Assembly (NCBI GenBank): GCA_964016885.1
Contig: OZ024747.1
Location: 93,372,001 to 93,436,000, forward strand
DNA from: Eledone cirrhosa
Taxonomy: Eukaryota
Reading direction: 5' to 3'
Length of the DNA: 64,000 bases
Of the stretch, positions 1 to 13,687 are shown one piece after another (within the stretch, counting starts at the first letter, position 1; each line of letters begins with the position of its first letter). A model generated the notes under the pieces. It was not told the DNA's origin. It saw nothing but the letters and a program-made list of their open reading frames with translations, and did not search any database. The position numbers and the translations under genes were made by a program.

Positions 1-464
1 TATGGCTTCTACAGGACTAGAACTGTTTCATTCTATATATATATATATATATATATAGAAAGAGAGAGAGAGAAAAAGATATACATATGTATATAGATAG
101 ATTGGTAAATAAATAAGTAGAACATGATAAGAAAATGAATACACACACATACACACATATACACATACAGAAAGAGATAATGAGAGATATGTAGCTTCCT
201 GTCTTGTGTCTCTATTGCAATCTTTACATTCTGATACCAATAACACAGTGACGTTTACCATATTTAATCACCAAAAGAAGCACAAGGAATTTTTCCCTCT
301 ATCTTATCATATCTGAGATTTCCATACATTTGTTTGCTATTGACGTTGATGATGATGATGGTGTTGTTAAGCCTCAGGTCAACTTTGATTCAGCTGACCT
401 ACAATTAAAGGCATTCCTGCCATGGCCATCTTGTCATTGCCCCCCCCCCCCCCCCCCGAAATAT

Positions 465-675
465 AGGTTTCTGATTTAGACACAAGACCAACAATTTTTT
501 GAGGAAAGGGAAACTTGATTAAATCTACCGCCGTACATTACTGATACTTTACAATATTGACCCTCTAAGGATCAAAATTAACCTCAACAGGATTTGAACT
601 CAGAACGCAAAGGGTTATGACTCTATGCCACTAAGCATGTTGTCCAACGCTCTACCGATTCTGCGAATCCACCAG
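465..675 (-). mobile_element. SINE family 1 (long subtype, diverged)
   Basis: B box and core in reverse. Confidence 0.75.
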
Positions 676-1744
676 CCTTTTTTTTTCAGATACAATGTAG
701 CTAGGACTACATTATCCAAGATGTCCTTCCCTTTCTGAGTGAGTAGTGTGATTTCTCATCAAGTGATTGCATAAAAACTCAGCCATTGTTCTTAGTAAAC
801 CTGCATATATATATATATATATCACTTTTTGGCTTAGTGTCTACAACTTGATGCCCTTCCTAATGCCAATTGCATTAAAGTGTGTACTGGGAGTATTTTA
901 TCATGATTCTAGCACTACCACCTTACAGGGTGGACTGGGTGCTTTTCATCATGGTAGCAACACTGTCATTTTACATAGTGGACTGAGTGCTGCTATAAGG
1001 TGGAATAGGTGCTTTTCATCATGGTACCAAAACTGCCATTTTACAGAGTGGACTGGGTGCTGCTATAGGGTGGACTAGGTGCTTTTCATCATAGTACCAA
1101 CACTGCCATTTTACAGAATGGACTGAGGGGTGCTGTTATTTATCACAACAGGATGTTTTTTTAATCTCTCCTGAGCATTATTTAAAAAGAGATTTCACTG
1201 CTATTTCTAGCAGACCAAATGAGCCCATAAAAAGCTCCTTCATTGACTCATTGTAGCTGCAGTAACTTTGTGTTAATTTTCATTGTTGTTGTTGTTGTTG
1301 TTGTTGTTCTTATTGTTGTTCTTTTTGTTGTAGCTATTGTTGCTGGAGTCCTGGTATATCCCCTTAGTTACAGATAAGCAACAGGAAATTATTAGTGAAC
1401 AATATTTTACAAGTACATAGGGATTTAATGATAGACAGTAAATGTGTGCGTATGTACGTATCTGTGTATATGTAACTATGTATTGGGGTGAGTGTGTGCG
1501 TCCATGATCTTTCATGTTTGCATGTGTATGTGTGCATGTGTGTATATATGTGTGTGTGTGTGTGTTTGTGCATGTGTGTTTGTGAGTGTGTGTGTGTGTA
1601 TGTGTGTCTGCATGTGTGTATGGCGTGTGTGTGTGCATGTGTGAGTGTGTGTGTGTGTGTGTGAGTGTGAGTGTGTGTGTGTCCGTGCGTGTGTGTACTT
1701 TTATATATCCTTTTATTCTTATCATAATGGAGTAGTGCTATCAA

Positions 1745-1958
1745 TAATGGTTTCTGATTTAGGCACAAGGCCAACAATTTCAGGGAGGGGAAAGTCGATT
1801 AGATCGACGCCAGTATGATACTGGTACTTTATTTTATCTACCCTGTAAGATTGAAAAGCAAAGCTCAACTTGGTGGGATTTGTATTCAGAGCGTAATGGC
1901 TGTAACTCTATGCCACAAAGCATGTTGTCCAACACCCTACCGATACTGCCAATCTACC
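1745..1958 (-). mobile_element. SINE family 1 (long subtype)
   Basis: Core plus gtcgatt..atcgac hairpin segment. Confidence 0.8.
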
Positions 1959-2608
1959 ATCTTAGTGTCATCAATAAGGATATCATTAGTGCTGAATGTA
2001 TTAATTTTTATAGCCTATGGTTGATATGCCATATATACCAAGATTTATGAACAATGACATAAACTGGGAAATGTGTGATTTGATAAGTTAATGATGACTA
2101 CAGACATATTAAAGTAATTAAAGATTAGAATGATATCTCAATAATTTATTTCTAGGATATAACTACATAAATGTTCAGCCTGTATGTACAAATGACAACC
2201 AGGATTGAATGTATGTGTAACTTTGAATAAATAACTATTTACGGTGACAAATGTAGAACTAGAACCCAAGATCTTGTGATTGAAAAACGAACTTCTTATT
2301 GTAGTAACATGACTGGGATAAGAAATACATTATGTGTATGTTTGTGTAAATTTTAAAGAGTTACAGATGGAAATATACATAAATATACAAACAAACATAC
2401 ATGACATATTACTATGGTTGATTAGTTTTACTGGTTTCTGTCAGTGGACTCCAGCTATTTAGGGGCATTGTTTTCAAAGGTTTAGCCAATCATATTGACC
2501 CCAACACATATTTCACTCGAGTGATTATTTTATATATTTGTCAAAATGCTAAGTTTAGCCCCTCCCTTTATCCCTCACACATACAATATAGAATTTCTTT
2601 CCTCCTCA

Positions 2609-3230
2609 CTGTATATAGCTATGGTGCAGCCACACTTAGAATTTGCATTACCACTCTGGAATTTCTATTTTGCTCAGAAAATTGACCTCCTGGAAACTGT
2701 TCAGAGACGTGCAACCAAGCGAATACTCTCCATCAGGCATCTACCATACTCTGAACGCCTTGCTTCCCTGGGTATGGATACATTGAAGTTCCGACGTCTG
2801 GCAACTGACTTGGTAAACACCCACAAAATTATTAACCATCTTGCCAACAACAGTCCTGAGCACCTTTTTGAATTCCACGTGTCTAACATACGTGGGCATG
2901 CCCACAAAGTCAGAAAACAGCACAGCTCCCATGACTTTCGGAAACATTTTTTCACGCTCAGAGTTGCTGAAGCATGGAACAAACTACCTGCATCAGTTGT
3001 TAGCTGTCGAGACACTGCATCCTTTAAAACATCCTTGCTCCCTGAGATTTGCCAACACTGCACCTGATGTCCCCCCTCCATACACATACACACATGTATT
3101 TCGTGACTCATGCACTGTTCATTTTCCTGACATTTGAACATTATTCTATGTACTATACATGCACCTTTAATGAGTTGTAGTGCACCTGAGCACTGTACAC
3201 AATAATTTCATTATCATTATTATTATTATT
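2609..3230 (+). mobile_element. 5'-truncated CR1-group LINE copy
   Basis: LYIAMVQPHLEF...RGHAHKVRKQ...WNKLP plus the same 3' UTR and (ATT)n tail. Confidence 0.9.
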
Positions 3231-3312
3231 ACATGCACAAAACCCACATCGTACCGTCCTGTTCCGTCTGTGATGTTTTTCTTGATGTCAGCCCTTGTGG
3301 CCAATAAAGAAA

Positions 3313-3347
<35 letters not shown>

Positions 3348-3449
3348 TTAAATTTTTAAATGAAATTTTGCACTGATAGATTTTCCATGATGTACATTAC
3401 AATTATGTTGATTTAATATTTCTTTAATACTTTCATTATTTTATAGTTC

Positions 3450-3955
3450 GGTTCCCGCCGAGGTTGACTTTGTCTTTCATCCTTACGGGGTCGATAAAAT
3501 AAGGTACCAGTAATGCACTGGTTAATTACTGGCCTTGTGCCTAAAGTAGAAACAATTATTTTATAGTTCTGTTGACCTCAGTGGGATTTGAACTCAGAAC
3601 AAACAGGAACTGTGAAGAATTTACCAATTTGCTGATAGACCAATTATCTGATAGAAATAATTGTTTCTACTTTTGGCACAAGGCCAGCAATTACCCCAGT
3701 GCATTACTGGTACTTTATTTTATCGACCCTGTAAGGATGAAAAGCAAAGTTAACCTTGGCGGGATTTGAACTCAAAACATAAAGGGCTATAACTCTATAC
3801 TGCAAAACATGGTGTCTGACGCTCTACCAATACTGACATGGTTTCTGATTTAGGCACAACGCCAACAATTTTGAGGGAAGGGCAAAGTCAATTAAATCGA
3901 CCTCAGTGCATTATTGGGGCTTTATTTATTGACACCATAAGGATGAAAGGCAAAA
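3450..3955. mobile_element. Cluster of SINE family 1 copies in both orientations
   Basis: About 3450-3560 (+), 3657-3833 (-), 3838-3955 (-). Confidence 0.75.
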
Positions 3956-4347
3956 ATAGTCTTACAAGTTGGACATGTAAACTCCGAATACAGAAAGAAT
4001 TTTGTACAGTACTCTCTGTAGGACTCAAATATACACCTGTGTAATATACTGTTTAGAAAGAATGCAGTTATTAATATGAAGAGTTGAAATTAATCCATGC
4101 AAGATTCCACAGCCCTAGCATCACTCCTTCATAGTCAGACTATGAACTTTTCAGCTGACTCTCGTATATAACAACATACATAATAATGGTGGTAAAGGTT
4201 AGGATGGGGAAATTCATTTAATTTCACCTGTTTATCCTACTTTATTTCATTATTCCCTAATAAATTTTGTCAATCTTTCTTACCTGAGCAGCATCCGTCT
4301 TGAAATATTTTTCTTTAGCACAGACCTTCAAGAGATAAAATTAAATA

Positions 4348-4525
4348 TTAACCCTTTAGTTATCAACCCAGTTCTGGTTCTATGAGATAAAACCACCCAT
4401 TTTAAACATTAAATTACTATCTTAGTAATGAAATAATTAATAAGTTTAGTAAGACCCTCAAAATTCTTCATTAATTCATTAAAATAGAGTTTATTTCATT
4501 AGAAATGCAGTCATGAAAGGGTTAA
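4348..4525 (+). mobile_element. piggyBac-type MITE family B (TTAACCCTTT ends)
   Basis: ttaaccctttag...tggttctatga...catgaaagggttaa; related copies near 8601, 35801-36020 (-), 39152 (-), 63705. Confidence 0.65.
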
Positions 4526-4651
4526 TGCTTACTTCAATCAGCTGGCAGACATGCTGATTAGAACAGTTAACACTTCTCACAAACATCTTTGTTCATATTA
4601 CAACAAATGAAGAAGAGACAATAAAAAAAAGCTGATTTTATTCTATGAATC

Positions 4652-4879
4652 TTAACCCTTTAGCATTTAAATAAGCCATATCTGAACAGAATTTCCTCAC
4701 CTCTTTCTGTTCAAACTGGCTGTAACCAGCCTCTCATACTGATGTTAAGATATTGTTCTCAAAATAATAATATCAAAATCTCATCTATTCGATATTATGT
4801 GAGATAATTATGTGAAGTAAAGCCTTTACCATGAAAATATAATAGTATATATAGAGTAATGTAAATGATAAAAGGTTAA
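4652..4879 (+). mobile_element. piggyBac-type MITE family A
   Basis: TTAA-CCCTTTAGCATTTA ... TAAATG(C/A)TAAA(G/A)GG-TTAA TIRs, about 230 bp. Confidence 0.85.
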
Positions 4880-5657
4880 ACAGTAATATAATGACAACTT
4901 GGAGAAATTGATAAATGCTATTGCCACAAATGTGGCTCAAACAAATCTCAAAACCCAGTCTTTAGTACCATAAGGGTGTTAATAAGAATTAACCTCAATC
5001 AAGACAGAAGCACTCAGTGACACAAGTTCATGACCTGTGTATTGTTATTGTTATTGTTGTGATCGGTTTTAGGTTGTTGTTGTTTTTAGCTCCAGGTGAG
5101 AACTAATCCAGGAGGTGAATGATGAAAAGCAATCTAGCCATTATCATCATGTCTTTTTTTTTTGTTGCTTGTTTTTCCCAACATTGAATATCTAGGACTA
5201 CATTATCCAATATGTCCTCCCTTTTGTTTTAAGTTGTTAGGATGTGATTTAATAGAGACTTGGCAGCTATTTCTATCAGTTTGAATAATAATGTAAAGGC
5301 TCCCTCTTTTGACTCACTCATGACATGGTATTGATTTCCGGTAGTTTCAAACCAATTCAGTTCACTGCTATTAATTATTCCTTTTCAGTAATTTTAACAT
5401 TTAATCTGAAGAGGAAGAAGGACAGAACCCTCAGCCCCTTTCCAAGTCCCATAACCCCAACCCCAACCTTAACCTCCCCTACTAGAATGAAAGCTTATTC
5501 CTTATTCTGTCATTATTGTCACAGTTAAATATATTTAGCAAAACTGAATACATTTTCCTGATGTCCCTTCAGTCTGAACACCCCATAGTGCTAAAATTGC
5601 TGTGGGCACACCATTTCTATAGATTGTCCTATATATATATATACATATATATATACA

Positions 5658-5723
5658 CACGGTGTCCCAGAAAATGGATACACACTTTGATTGAAGTGTG
5701 TATACATTTTTTGGGACACCCTA
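5658..5723. mobile_element. Tiny Tc1/mariner-type palindromic MITE
   Basis: CA(G)GGTGTCCC...GGGACACCCT TIRs within TA repeats. Confidence 0.7.
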
Positions 5724-5997
5724 TATATATATATATGACAACCCCACTCTTATATTTAATGAGTCTCCCCAAAGAATCATTGGTTCCTCTTTACCGAAAG
5801 AGCATGATATGTGTGACCTTTCCTGAGATGGATGTTAAGGAAAGCAGTAAAACAGTTACATATACATAGTAAACAAGTTTACATACACATGTATATAGGC
5901 TAGCATATGTACATAGAGAGGAACAAACACTCATGCATATATATTCACACATTTACACATACATATAAACATACATACGTATAAAAGAACAAACATA

Positions 5998-6035
5998 AAT
6001 ATATATATATATATGTATATATATATACATGTGTT

Positions 6036-6069
<34 letters not shown>

Positions 6070-6074
6070 CATGT

Positions 6075-6121
<47 letters not shown>

Positions 6122-6140
6122 TATATATATATATATACAC

Positions 6141-6197
<57 letters not shown>
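5998..6197. repeat. (TA)n / (CA)n compound microsatellite
   Basis: Visible directly. Confidence 0.9.
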
Positions 6198-6278
6198 CAG
6201 GGTGTGCCCCCCCAAAATGTATATACTCTTTAACAGCATTCTAATAGAAGTATGTATACATTTTTGGGGGACACCCTG
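6198..6278. mobile_element. Tiny Tc1/mariner-type palindromic MITE
   Basis: TA-CAGGGTGT...ACACCCTG-TA. Confidence 0.75.
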
Positions 6279-6851
6279 TATATATAACACACACACATGC
6301 ATACACATGCGCACACATATACCTCTATATACAAAACGTTTTTTTTCCATTTCAGGTAGATGTGTTCCATCATCCACTTTTCTAAAAAAGTATATCATAC
6401 ACAAAAGTAATGCACTGGGGTAATTGCTGGCCTTGTACCAAAAGTAGAAACAATTATTACAGGAACAATAAAGCACCAGTAATGCACTGGGGTCAATTTA
6501 ATCGACTTTTCTCTCCCCCAAAATTGTTGACATTGCGCCTAAATCAGAAACGATTATCTTATCTTACAAAAGACCTCAAAGAAATTCTGATGATTAATAT
6601 TGTTACTGTTGATTGTTGTCAATTGTTGTTGCTGTTGCTATAGTAACAGTGATTATGGTGGAGTTAAGTTCTGGTAAAACTATGTAGGTGCTCTCCCTCC
6701 CTGTTTCGGTTCATCAGTTGTAACTACTTCATTTTTGAAAACTACTCAATCGCCTCAAGTGAAAGACATAAATGTTACAAGTTCTCGTCCTCCTTCAACT
6801 CTTGATTGCTATAGCAAAGCAACTTCAGTCTTGAATTAACTCCGCCCCACT

Positions 6852-6864
6852 CACATACATATAT

Positions 6865-6953
<89 letters not shown>

Positions 6954-7135
6954 CATATATAAATATATATGTACATATATATAAATATATATGTATATAT
7001 ATATATATGTATGTACATATGTATGTGTGTATGTATATTTGTACATATATATACGTATGTATGTATGTATATATGTGTGTGCATGTATGTATGTATGTAT
7101 ATATGTATATACATCTATGTGTGTGTACACGCACA
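6852..7135. repeat. (TA)n / (TG)n compound microsatellite
   Basis: Visible directly. Confidence 0.9.
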
Positions 7136-8061
7136 CTTATCTATTAATATGCTTGACAGCTGTGGGCAGTAAAGATAATCTTTGTCATCTAATATACATA
7201 ATGTAGATTTTGAAATGATGACATCATGTGATAGAACTGCCAGGTTTATCATAAATAGAGTATCTCTTCTAAGGCAGCAACTTGGCAGAAATAGAGTATC
7301 TAAGAAAATATCTTATGGTCTTTTGTTTTACTTCTCTATGTCTTGTATTCACATCCTAAAGAATGGCTAGGGCAGGTTTGGTTGAATTTGTCTTTTGTAT
7401 CCTTAAATATTTGAGGCCAAGTCATGTAGGTAAGAAGTTCACTTTACAGTCCTATACATGGTTCTATTTTTGATTGTTCTATTGATTTTAAATTATGAAT
7501 TTAGTGGTCCATGAAGCCTGAAAGGTTGGTGACTGCTGATCTACTCAACCCAAACATATTCCAACATATCCTCCAGTCAACCCAAACAGTGGGCCTTCTT
7601 CCATAGACCAAATTGAACCCAAACATATATTCTAACATATTCTCTTGTCAGCCCAAACAATGGGTCTTCTTCTATAGCTCCCAACTCAACCCAAACATTG
7701 AGTCTTCTAACATAGCTTCTTGTCAACTCATGGCTGTCAGATGTGCTACACATGTTCTTGGCTGATTACTTTAACCTATTTCCCTATTTAAAATTATTAC
7801 CTTGCACTTAAGTGCTTCTAGTGGAGTCTACTTGTTGTAGGCATTTGGACAGATCTCATGTTTCAGGATAATTTAATGCCTTGGTACACCACCTTTTGCT
7901 GCACCAACCACTCCTCCCCCCCCCTTCCTCACTCCTCCCCAGTCATGGAAACTCGAGGCCTTGATAAACTACCTCCTGCTGCACTAATCATTCCCCCCAT
8001 CACCAGTCTTAGAGACTTGATACTTTGGTGCATGCACGCTCTCATGTACTGCAAGCAGCGC

Positions 8062-8312
8062 GTTGAGCCGGTGCTTATCCCGGTTTCCTGCCATGAAGCA
8101 ACTGAGAGTGCAAGACTTCCCCCTGGACAGGACACCAGTCCATTGCAGGGTTAAACCCCAAGCTATTGCTGGTACTCATTTTCAGTTGAGTATACTGGAG
8201 CGATGTGAAATAGAATGTTTGCTCAAGAACACAACATGCAATCCAGCCCAATGAATCGAACCCACGACATTGCAATCGTAAGTTGAACACCTGTACCACT
8301 AGGCCATATGCT
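8062..8312 (-). mobile_element. SINE family 2, alternative tail
   Basis: Reverse homolog of 29137-29395. Confidence 0.8.
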
Positions 8313-8680
8313 TTAACTTTGATGCAGCAACCATACTTCTTCCGCCCTCCTTAACCTCCACCTATCTTGGAGGCCCTACAAAGGCTCATGAAAGCTTCAT
8401 AAAGAAAAAAACTGCCAATAATGATTGATTTTGATTCAGTTATTTATATATTACAATTGCTGCCAGTGGTTCAATGAAGTTACTCCTATCTATAATATTT
8501 CCTTGAACCTTGTAATAGTTGATTAGTCTTGCAACACCATTCATTATTACTTGGGTAACTCTGAATGATGGAGTACTGATAAACTAAGAGAAAAAATTGG
8601 TGTAACCCTTTTGATGCCAGCCTACTCAAAACTGTCTCTGGTTCTATGAAACAAAACCAACTATTTTAAAGGGTTCTTAT

Positions 8681-8905
8681 TTAACCCTGTAGCATTTAAA
8701 CCGGCCATATCCGGCCAGAATTATCTCACCTCTTTCTGTTCAAACCAGCCATAACCGGCTCCACATACTGATGTTAAGGTATTGTTCTCAAAATAAATAA
8801 TATCAAAATCTCATAGATTTGATATTATGTGAGATAATTATGTGAGATAAAGTGTTTACCATGAAAATACAATAGTATAGAGTAATGTAAATGATAAAGG
8901 GTTAA
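8681..8905 (+). mobile_element. piggyBac-type MITE family A nested in MITE family B
   Basis: TTAA at both ends; the uninterrupted host copy near 63705 has a single TTAA at this position. Confidence 0.9.
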
Positions 8906-9899
8906 ATTACCCCCCCCCCTCCCCACCTCCAACATAATTTAATATAAAAACCTTTTGTTAATTTATGTTAGAAATATCATTTTATGATATGATATGGACT
9001 CATAACTCCTGAGGGAGTTGTAGGGGTGTCATATTGACACACAGTGTTTCTAGGTTATATTTAAACCTGGCAGAGCCCATCTCCTCTCCAGGTCTGAATA
9101 CAGCAGATTTCGTCCAGAGAAGGATAAAGAGAGTGAGATAAAGGAAGAGAGAAAGATATAGAGATGAAAAATGGACCACAGTACTAAATTGATACTTTTT
9201 TTTATCAACCTTGAATGGATGAAAGACAAAGTTGACCACAGTGGGAATTAAACTCAGAGAGTAGAGAGTCAGAATGAATACTACAAAGCACTCTATCCGC
9301 CATTCTAACGACTCTGCCACTTCCCCAACTATCATTTTAACGACGCATTAAATAATTTTAGTAAATCCTCCAAATTTTCCATTAATTAAATAAAATAATG
9401 TGTATATTTTTAAAAATCTGGTCACGAAAGGGATAAGAGGAATCAGCCATAATGGTATGATTAGTGAAGAAGTGCCAAGCAATTGAAGTGGAATGAGTAT
9501 GTAGAAGAGGAAGACCAAGGAATAAGTTGTAATGGTTGAGCTCAAGATGTTATATCTCATAAAGGGTATAACAAAGGACTTCATCAAGTAGCAAGAAGCT
9601 GTGCAGGAAAATAAATGATGTAAAATGATGATGATGCTAATGGTGATGATGATGATGATGATGATGGTGGCGATGATGATAATGCTAATGGTGATGATGA
9701 TGGCAATGGTGATAATGATGTTGATGATAATGGGGATGATGGTAATGTTGATTGTGGCAATAATGAAGATGATGATGATGACAAAGATGATAACGAAGAT
9801 GACGACAATGATGATGTTTATTCGTGTGGGTGTAAACTGCAGCTGAAATCTTTTTTTTTTTTAATATAAATAATAAATATAAATATAATGAATGACAAA

Positions 9900-10127
9900 T
9901 TAACCCTTTAGCATTTAAACCGGCTGTATCCGGCCAGAATTTTCTCATCTCTTTCTGTTCAAACAAGCCATAACCAACCACTTTTACCAATGTTAAGGTA
10001 TTTTTCTCAAAATAAATAATATCAAAGTCTCATAGATTCGATATTATGTGAGATAATTATATGATGTAAAGCTTTTACCATGAAAATACAATAGTAAATA
10101 TAGAGTAATGTAAATATTAAAGGGTTA
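9900..10127 (+). mobile_element. piggyBac-type MITE family A
   Basis: Same TIRs and body. Confidence 0.85.
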
Positions 10128-10506
10128 GAAACAAACAAAAAATAATAATAAATATTTTTTAAATCAATATAAAAACATGCCTCCAGTTCTTTTATTATCA
10201 GATCCCAAGGACTACTGTAGTAACGAAAGCAAACAATGGAATCTAAAATAGCCTGGTTTCTGTAAGTGCCAGCTCACCTCACATATCCTCCAACACCCTC
10301 ACAATCTATTAGTTGTGAGTTTCTTAAGACAAATAAGAAGCTTTGTTTCCCTAGTGTGAGGCATTAACATTGTCTATATCGGCTGTCATGAAGGCGTTGC
10401 ATTGTTTATGACATTTTCACATTATTATTATTATTATTATTGTTATTATTATTTTATTTTTAATATTGGATTGGCCAAGAACATTTCCCCCTCTTCCTCC
10501 AAGTAG

Positions 10507-10558
<52 letters not shown>

Positions 10559-10799
10559 ATAGATATATATTATATATATGTGTGTGTGTGTGTATAGATA
10601 TATATTATATATATATATGTGTATAGAAATATTATATATATATATACCATCTAACCCATGCTAGCGTGAAAGATAGACTTAAACGATGATGATGATGATA
10701 ATGAATATATATATAAATATGCAAATGAGGCTACTCAGCCAATGTGTACTTAAGAAAATACTATATATTTTCAACCGTTCAACAGATTGGCAGAGGTAT

Positions 10800-10842
10800 A
10801 CAGTCCTGATAAAGGGTAATGACCCAGAAACATGTTGATTGT
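10800..10842 (+). ncRNA. Degenerate minimal type-I hammerhead ribozyme motif
   Basis: ACAGTC-CTGATAA-aGGGTaatgACCCa-GAAA-CATG-TT-GATTGT; G8 of the core is A. Confidence 0.5.
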
Positions 10843-10991
10843 TCCTCAAAGCCAGTGTTGAACAAACGGCATGGCACAGTTTTAATCAGGTCGTTTGCTT
10901 ACAAACGAATCGAATATTATTATTAGTATTCAATATAACTCATACGTACATATGTATATGTATATACATGTGTGTGTATATATATATATAT

Positions 10992-11178
10992 GATTGGCAG
11001 TATCGGTAGAGGGTCGGACGCCGTGCTTTGACGCATAGAGTTACGTCCCTTTACAGTCTGAGTTCAAATCCCGCCGAGGTTAACTTTGCCTTTCATCCTT
11101 ACAGGGTCGATAAAATAAAGTACCAGTAATGCACTGGGTAATTGCTGGCCTTGTTCCTAAAGTAGAAACAATTATTAT
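10992..11178 (+). mobile_element. tRNA-derived SINE family 1 (Meta-SINE-like core)
   Basis: A-box-like TGGCAGTATCGG, B box GAGTTCAAATCC, core GCCTTTCATCCTTAC.GGGTCGATAAAATAAAGTACCAG, ATT tail. Confidence 0.85.
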
Positions 11179-11269
11179 CCTCATCATACATTTTTGGGTT
11201 GGTTTTCTATGGTTGGATGTCTTTCCTAATGTCAATCACTTCATAGCATATACTGGAAATTGTTTTCTT

Positions 11270-11742
11270 GGCATCGAGCTGCAAGGGGAAGCCTGCAGCA
11301 TCCAAGCCATGCTTTATGGCCTCACTGAAAGTAGCATCACGAGGAAGGTGGCCAGCACTGTAGCGAGAGGAAAGTGGGTGGAAGCCAAAAGAATCCATGG
11401 TGGATCCGCAGCGACATTTATGTGGCTCACAGATCCGGAGGCCAAGCCTCAGAGAAACCCAATACGCAGGCTATCATTGTCTAGCTGCATGCCAGTAGAG
11501 AAGGAGGGTAAGGGATGGGGCCAGGCACCGCTGTGGGGTTGCAAGGCCGCGCGAAAACATGCAAGGCGGTGCTGGTCAAGCTGGCGTGCTAGCCTGTCTG
11601 AGACCAGGTTGTACTGGATGGCATCCGAAATACTCTGGAGGAACTGGATGTCAGCAGGGGGAGAAGGAGCAGGGACGTCTACTGGGCTAAGTCCAAGCCG
11701 GTTCCACGTCTCACAGGCGGCCCCACATTCTTCGATCACAGT
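11270..11742 (-). mobile_element. Degraded CRE-clade (restriction-like endonuclease) non-LTR retrotransposon fragment
   Basis: PHSGAWPHPLPSFSTGMQLDNDSLRIG..RLGLRICEPHKCRCGSTMDSFGFHPLS..SAGHLPR resembles the CRE post-RT / zinc-knuckle region (recognition from memory of the family). Confidence 0.7.
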
Positions 11743-11986
11743 GGTTCCATTGTGTTTATACCATATTTGGTAGTTAATTTAATGAATAATTTGCTTCATG
11801 TGTAATTATTATTTTTAATACAATAGGATTTTGTACACATCCTTGTTTGAAAAATCTTTCAAGGAAGTATGAAACACAGCCTTTTGTACTGTTTATTATA
11901 ATAAATTACTGTATTTTGAGCTGTTTTAACTTCTTCACCTACCTCTTTCAGTTTTTATATTGTTTTTGTAAAAAAAGATATATTTT

Positions 11987-12023
<37 letters not shown>

Positions 12024-12029
12024 GGCCTA

Positions 12030-12600
12030 TATCATCATCATCGTTTAACGTCCATCTTCCACGCTAGCATGGGTTAGACGGTTTTGTTCCTTTTGATGTG
12101 GGAATGGTCAGCAGACCATGTCTCCCTTGCATGGAAGCGTTTCTGGCTGGAAGCCCTTCCTAACACCAATCACATTTACAGTGTGGACTGGGAACCTTTC
12201 CACCGTGTCTCCTACATGGCCACTTTACAGTGTGGACTGTTGTGTCATCGACACAGTGGACAGAACAGGAGAGGGAGGGTGGGGTGGGGTGTGAGGGTGG
12301 GGTGTACATTGAGTTAAGAGGTGCCTACTAACTGTAGGTTTGTATGCAATGGTAGTCGGGTATTCTGTACAACTGCATGGCGCCAAAGGTCTTGATCCAG
12401 TGTCATTGTCTTAGAGAGGTGTAGGTGAGCAAGGTCAGTTTTTATCACCTCGTCCCAGGTTTTTCTTGGTCTACGCACTCTGCAGCTTCCATCAATTTTC
12501 ATTGCCCTGCACTTTTTTATACAGCTGTTGTCCTTCATACGCATCACATGTCCATACCAACGCAGTCCCCTCTCCAGAACACAACATTTGATACCTCTTA
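12030..12600 (-). mobile_element. RTE-type LINE 3' end with 3' UTR and (GAT)n tail
   Basis: HVMRMKDNSCIKKCRAMKIDGSCRVRRPRKTWDEVIKTDL...DLWR; UTR with gttaggaaggg..tccagc and cgttaaacgatgatg. Confidence 0.85.
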
Positions 12601-12957
12601 TGCTTAGTCTCCTTCTTAGTTCATTTATATTTATATATATATACTCTCAGTTCTTAAATAAATAATAATTGCCACCCCCTCTTGCTTATTAATACACGTA
12701 TATGTATAGTTCAACCCATGCAAGCATAGAAAAGCAGGTGTAAAATGATTATATATATACATTTGCATGAAAAAATATAGCCCGATGACTTAAACCAGTA
12801 AAAAAAAAAATGTTTAATTAACCTCTGCTTTTTAATATATTTGTGTATATATATATATAAAAGCTCTGCTAAACAGTTTACATCCCACCTGATCTCTGAG
12901 TACCTTTAACAGAGTTGCATCTCATGAAAGGTCACTGGTTCCATCCCCAACCATGTA

Positions 12958-13300
12958 TCATCATCATCATCATCATTTCATTTTACATCCGCTTTTTTCC
13001 CTGCTTGCAAGGGTGGGACGGGAACTGATTCTGGCTTGATTTCTACAGCTGGATGCCCTTCCTAACACCAACCTCATTTACACTGAGTGCTGGGTGCTTT
13101 TTTGCTGTGGCACCTCCACGACCACTTTGTAGTGGAATGATAAGGACCCCCAGTCCCTATCATCTCATTTCTACAGCTGAGTAAACTGGAGCAATGTGAA
13201 ATAAAGTGTCTTGTTCAAGGAAACAACACATCACCCGGTCTGAGAATTGAACTCACAACCTTTCGATTGCAAGGCCAATGCTCTAACCACTAAGCCATAT
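12958..13300 (-). mobile_element. SINE family 2 with RTE-derived tail
   Basis: Reverse copy of the 61466-61850 structure. Confidence 0.8.
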
Positions 13301-13687
13301 GCCTATACATATATATTTATTAGAACATTGGGCTTGCAATTGAGAGGTTGTGAGTTCGATTCTTGGACCGAGTGATGCATTGTGTCCTTGAACAAGACAC
13401 TTTATTTCCCATTGTTCCAGTTCACGCAGGTGTAGAAATGAGTTGTGATGTCACTGGTGCCAAACTGTAATGGCCACTGTTTTCCTTTGAACAACATTGG
13501 TGACATGGTATACATGGGTGATTGCTGGTCTTCTACAAACAAACCTTGCCCAGCCTTGTGTCTCAGAGGGAAACTTTCTAGGTGCAAAACCATGGTCATT
13601 AGTGACCAATGGGAGCCTTAATATATTTACATAATAAACAATTATTCTTAAAAGACCCAGCTGCATTTTAAAATTCTTTTCCTTATA

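Noticed and set aside
6700-6720. Minus-strand CTGATGA-ACC-GAAAC hammerhead-like word
   Set aside because: Stem II is absent and no convincing stems I/III.
5931-7206. Many YI/HT-rich ORFs
   Set aside because: Artifacts of (TA)n/(CA)n microsatellites.
9584-9990. Poly-Met/Ser/His ORFs (also 21606-22158, 33690-34327, 27954-28295)
   Set aside because: Translations of (GAT)n, (GGT)n and (GA)n tracts.
10992-11075. tRNA gene candidates at SINE heads
   Set aside because: A/B boxes are followed by SINE core and tail in many copies; no complete cloverleaf.
11129-11773. 214-aa plus-strand ORF
   Set aside because: Antisense of the CRE fragment joined to SINE and RTE-tail sequence.
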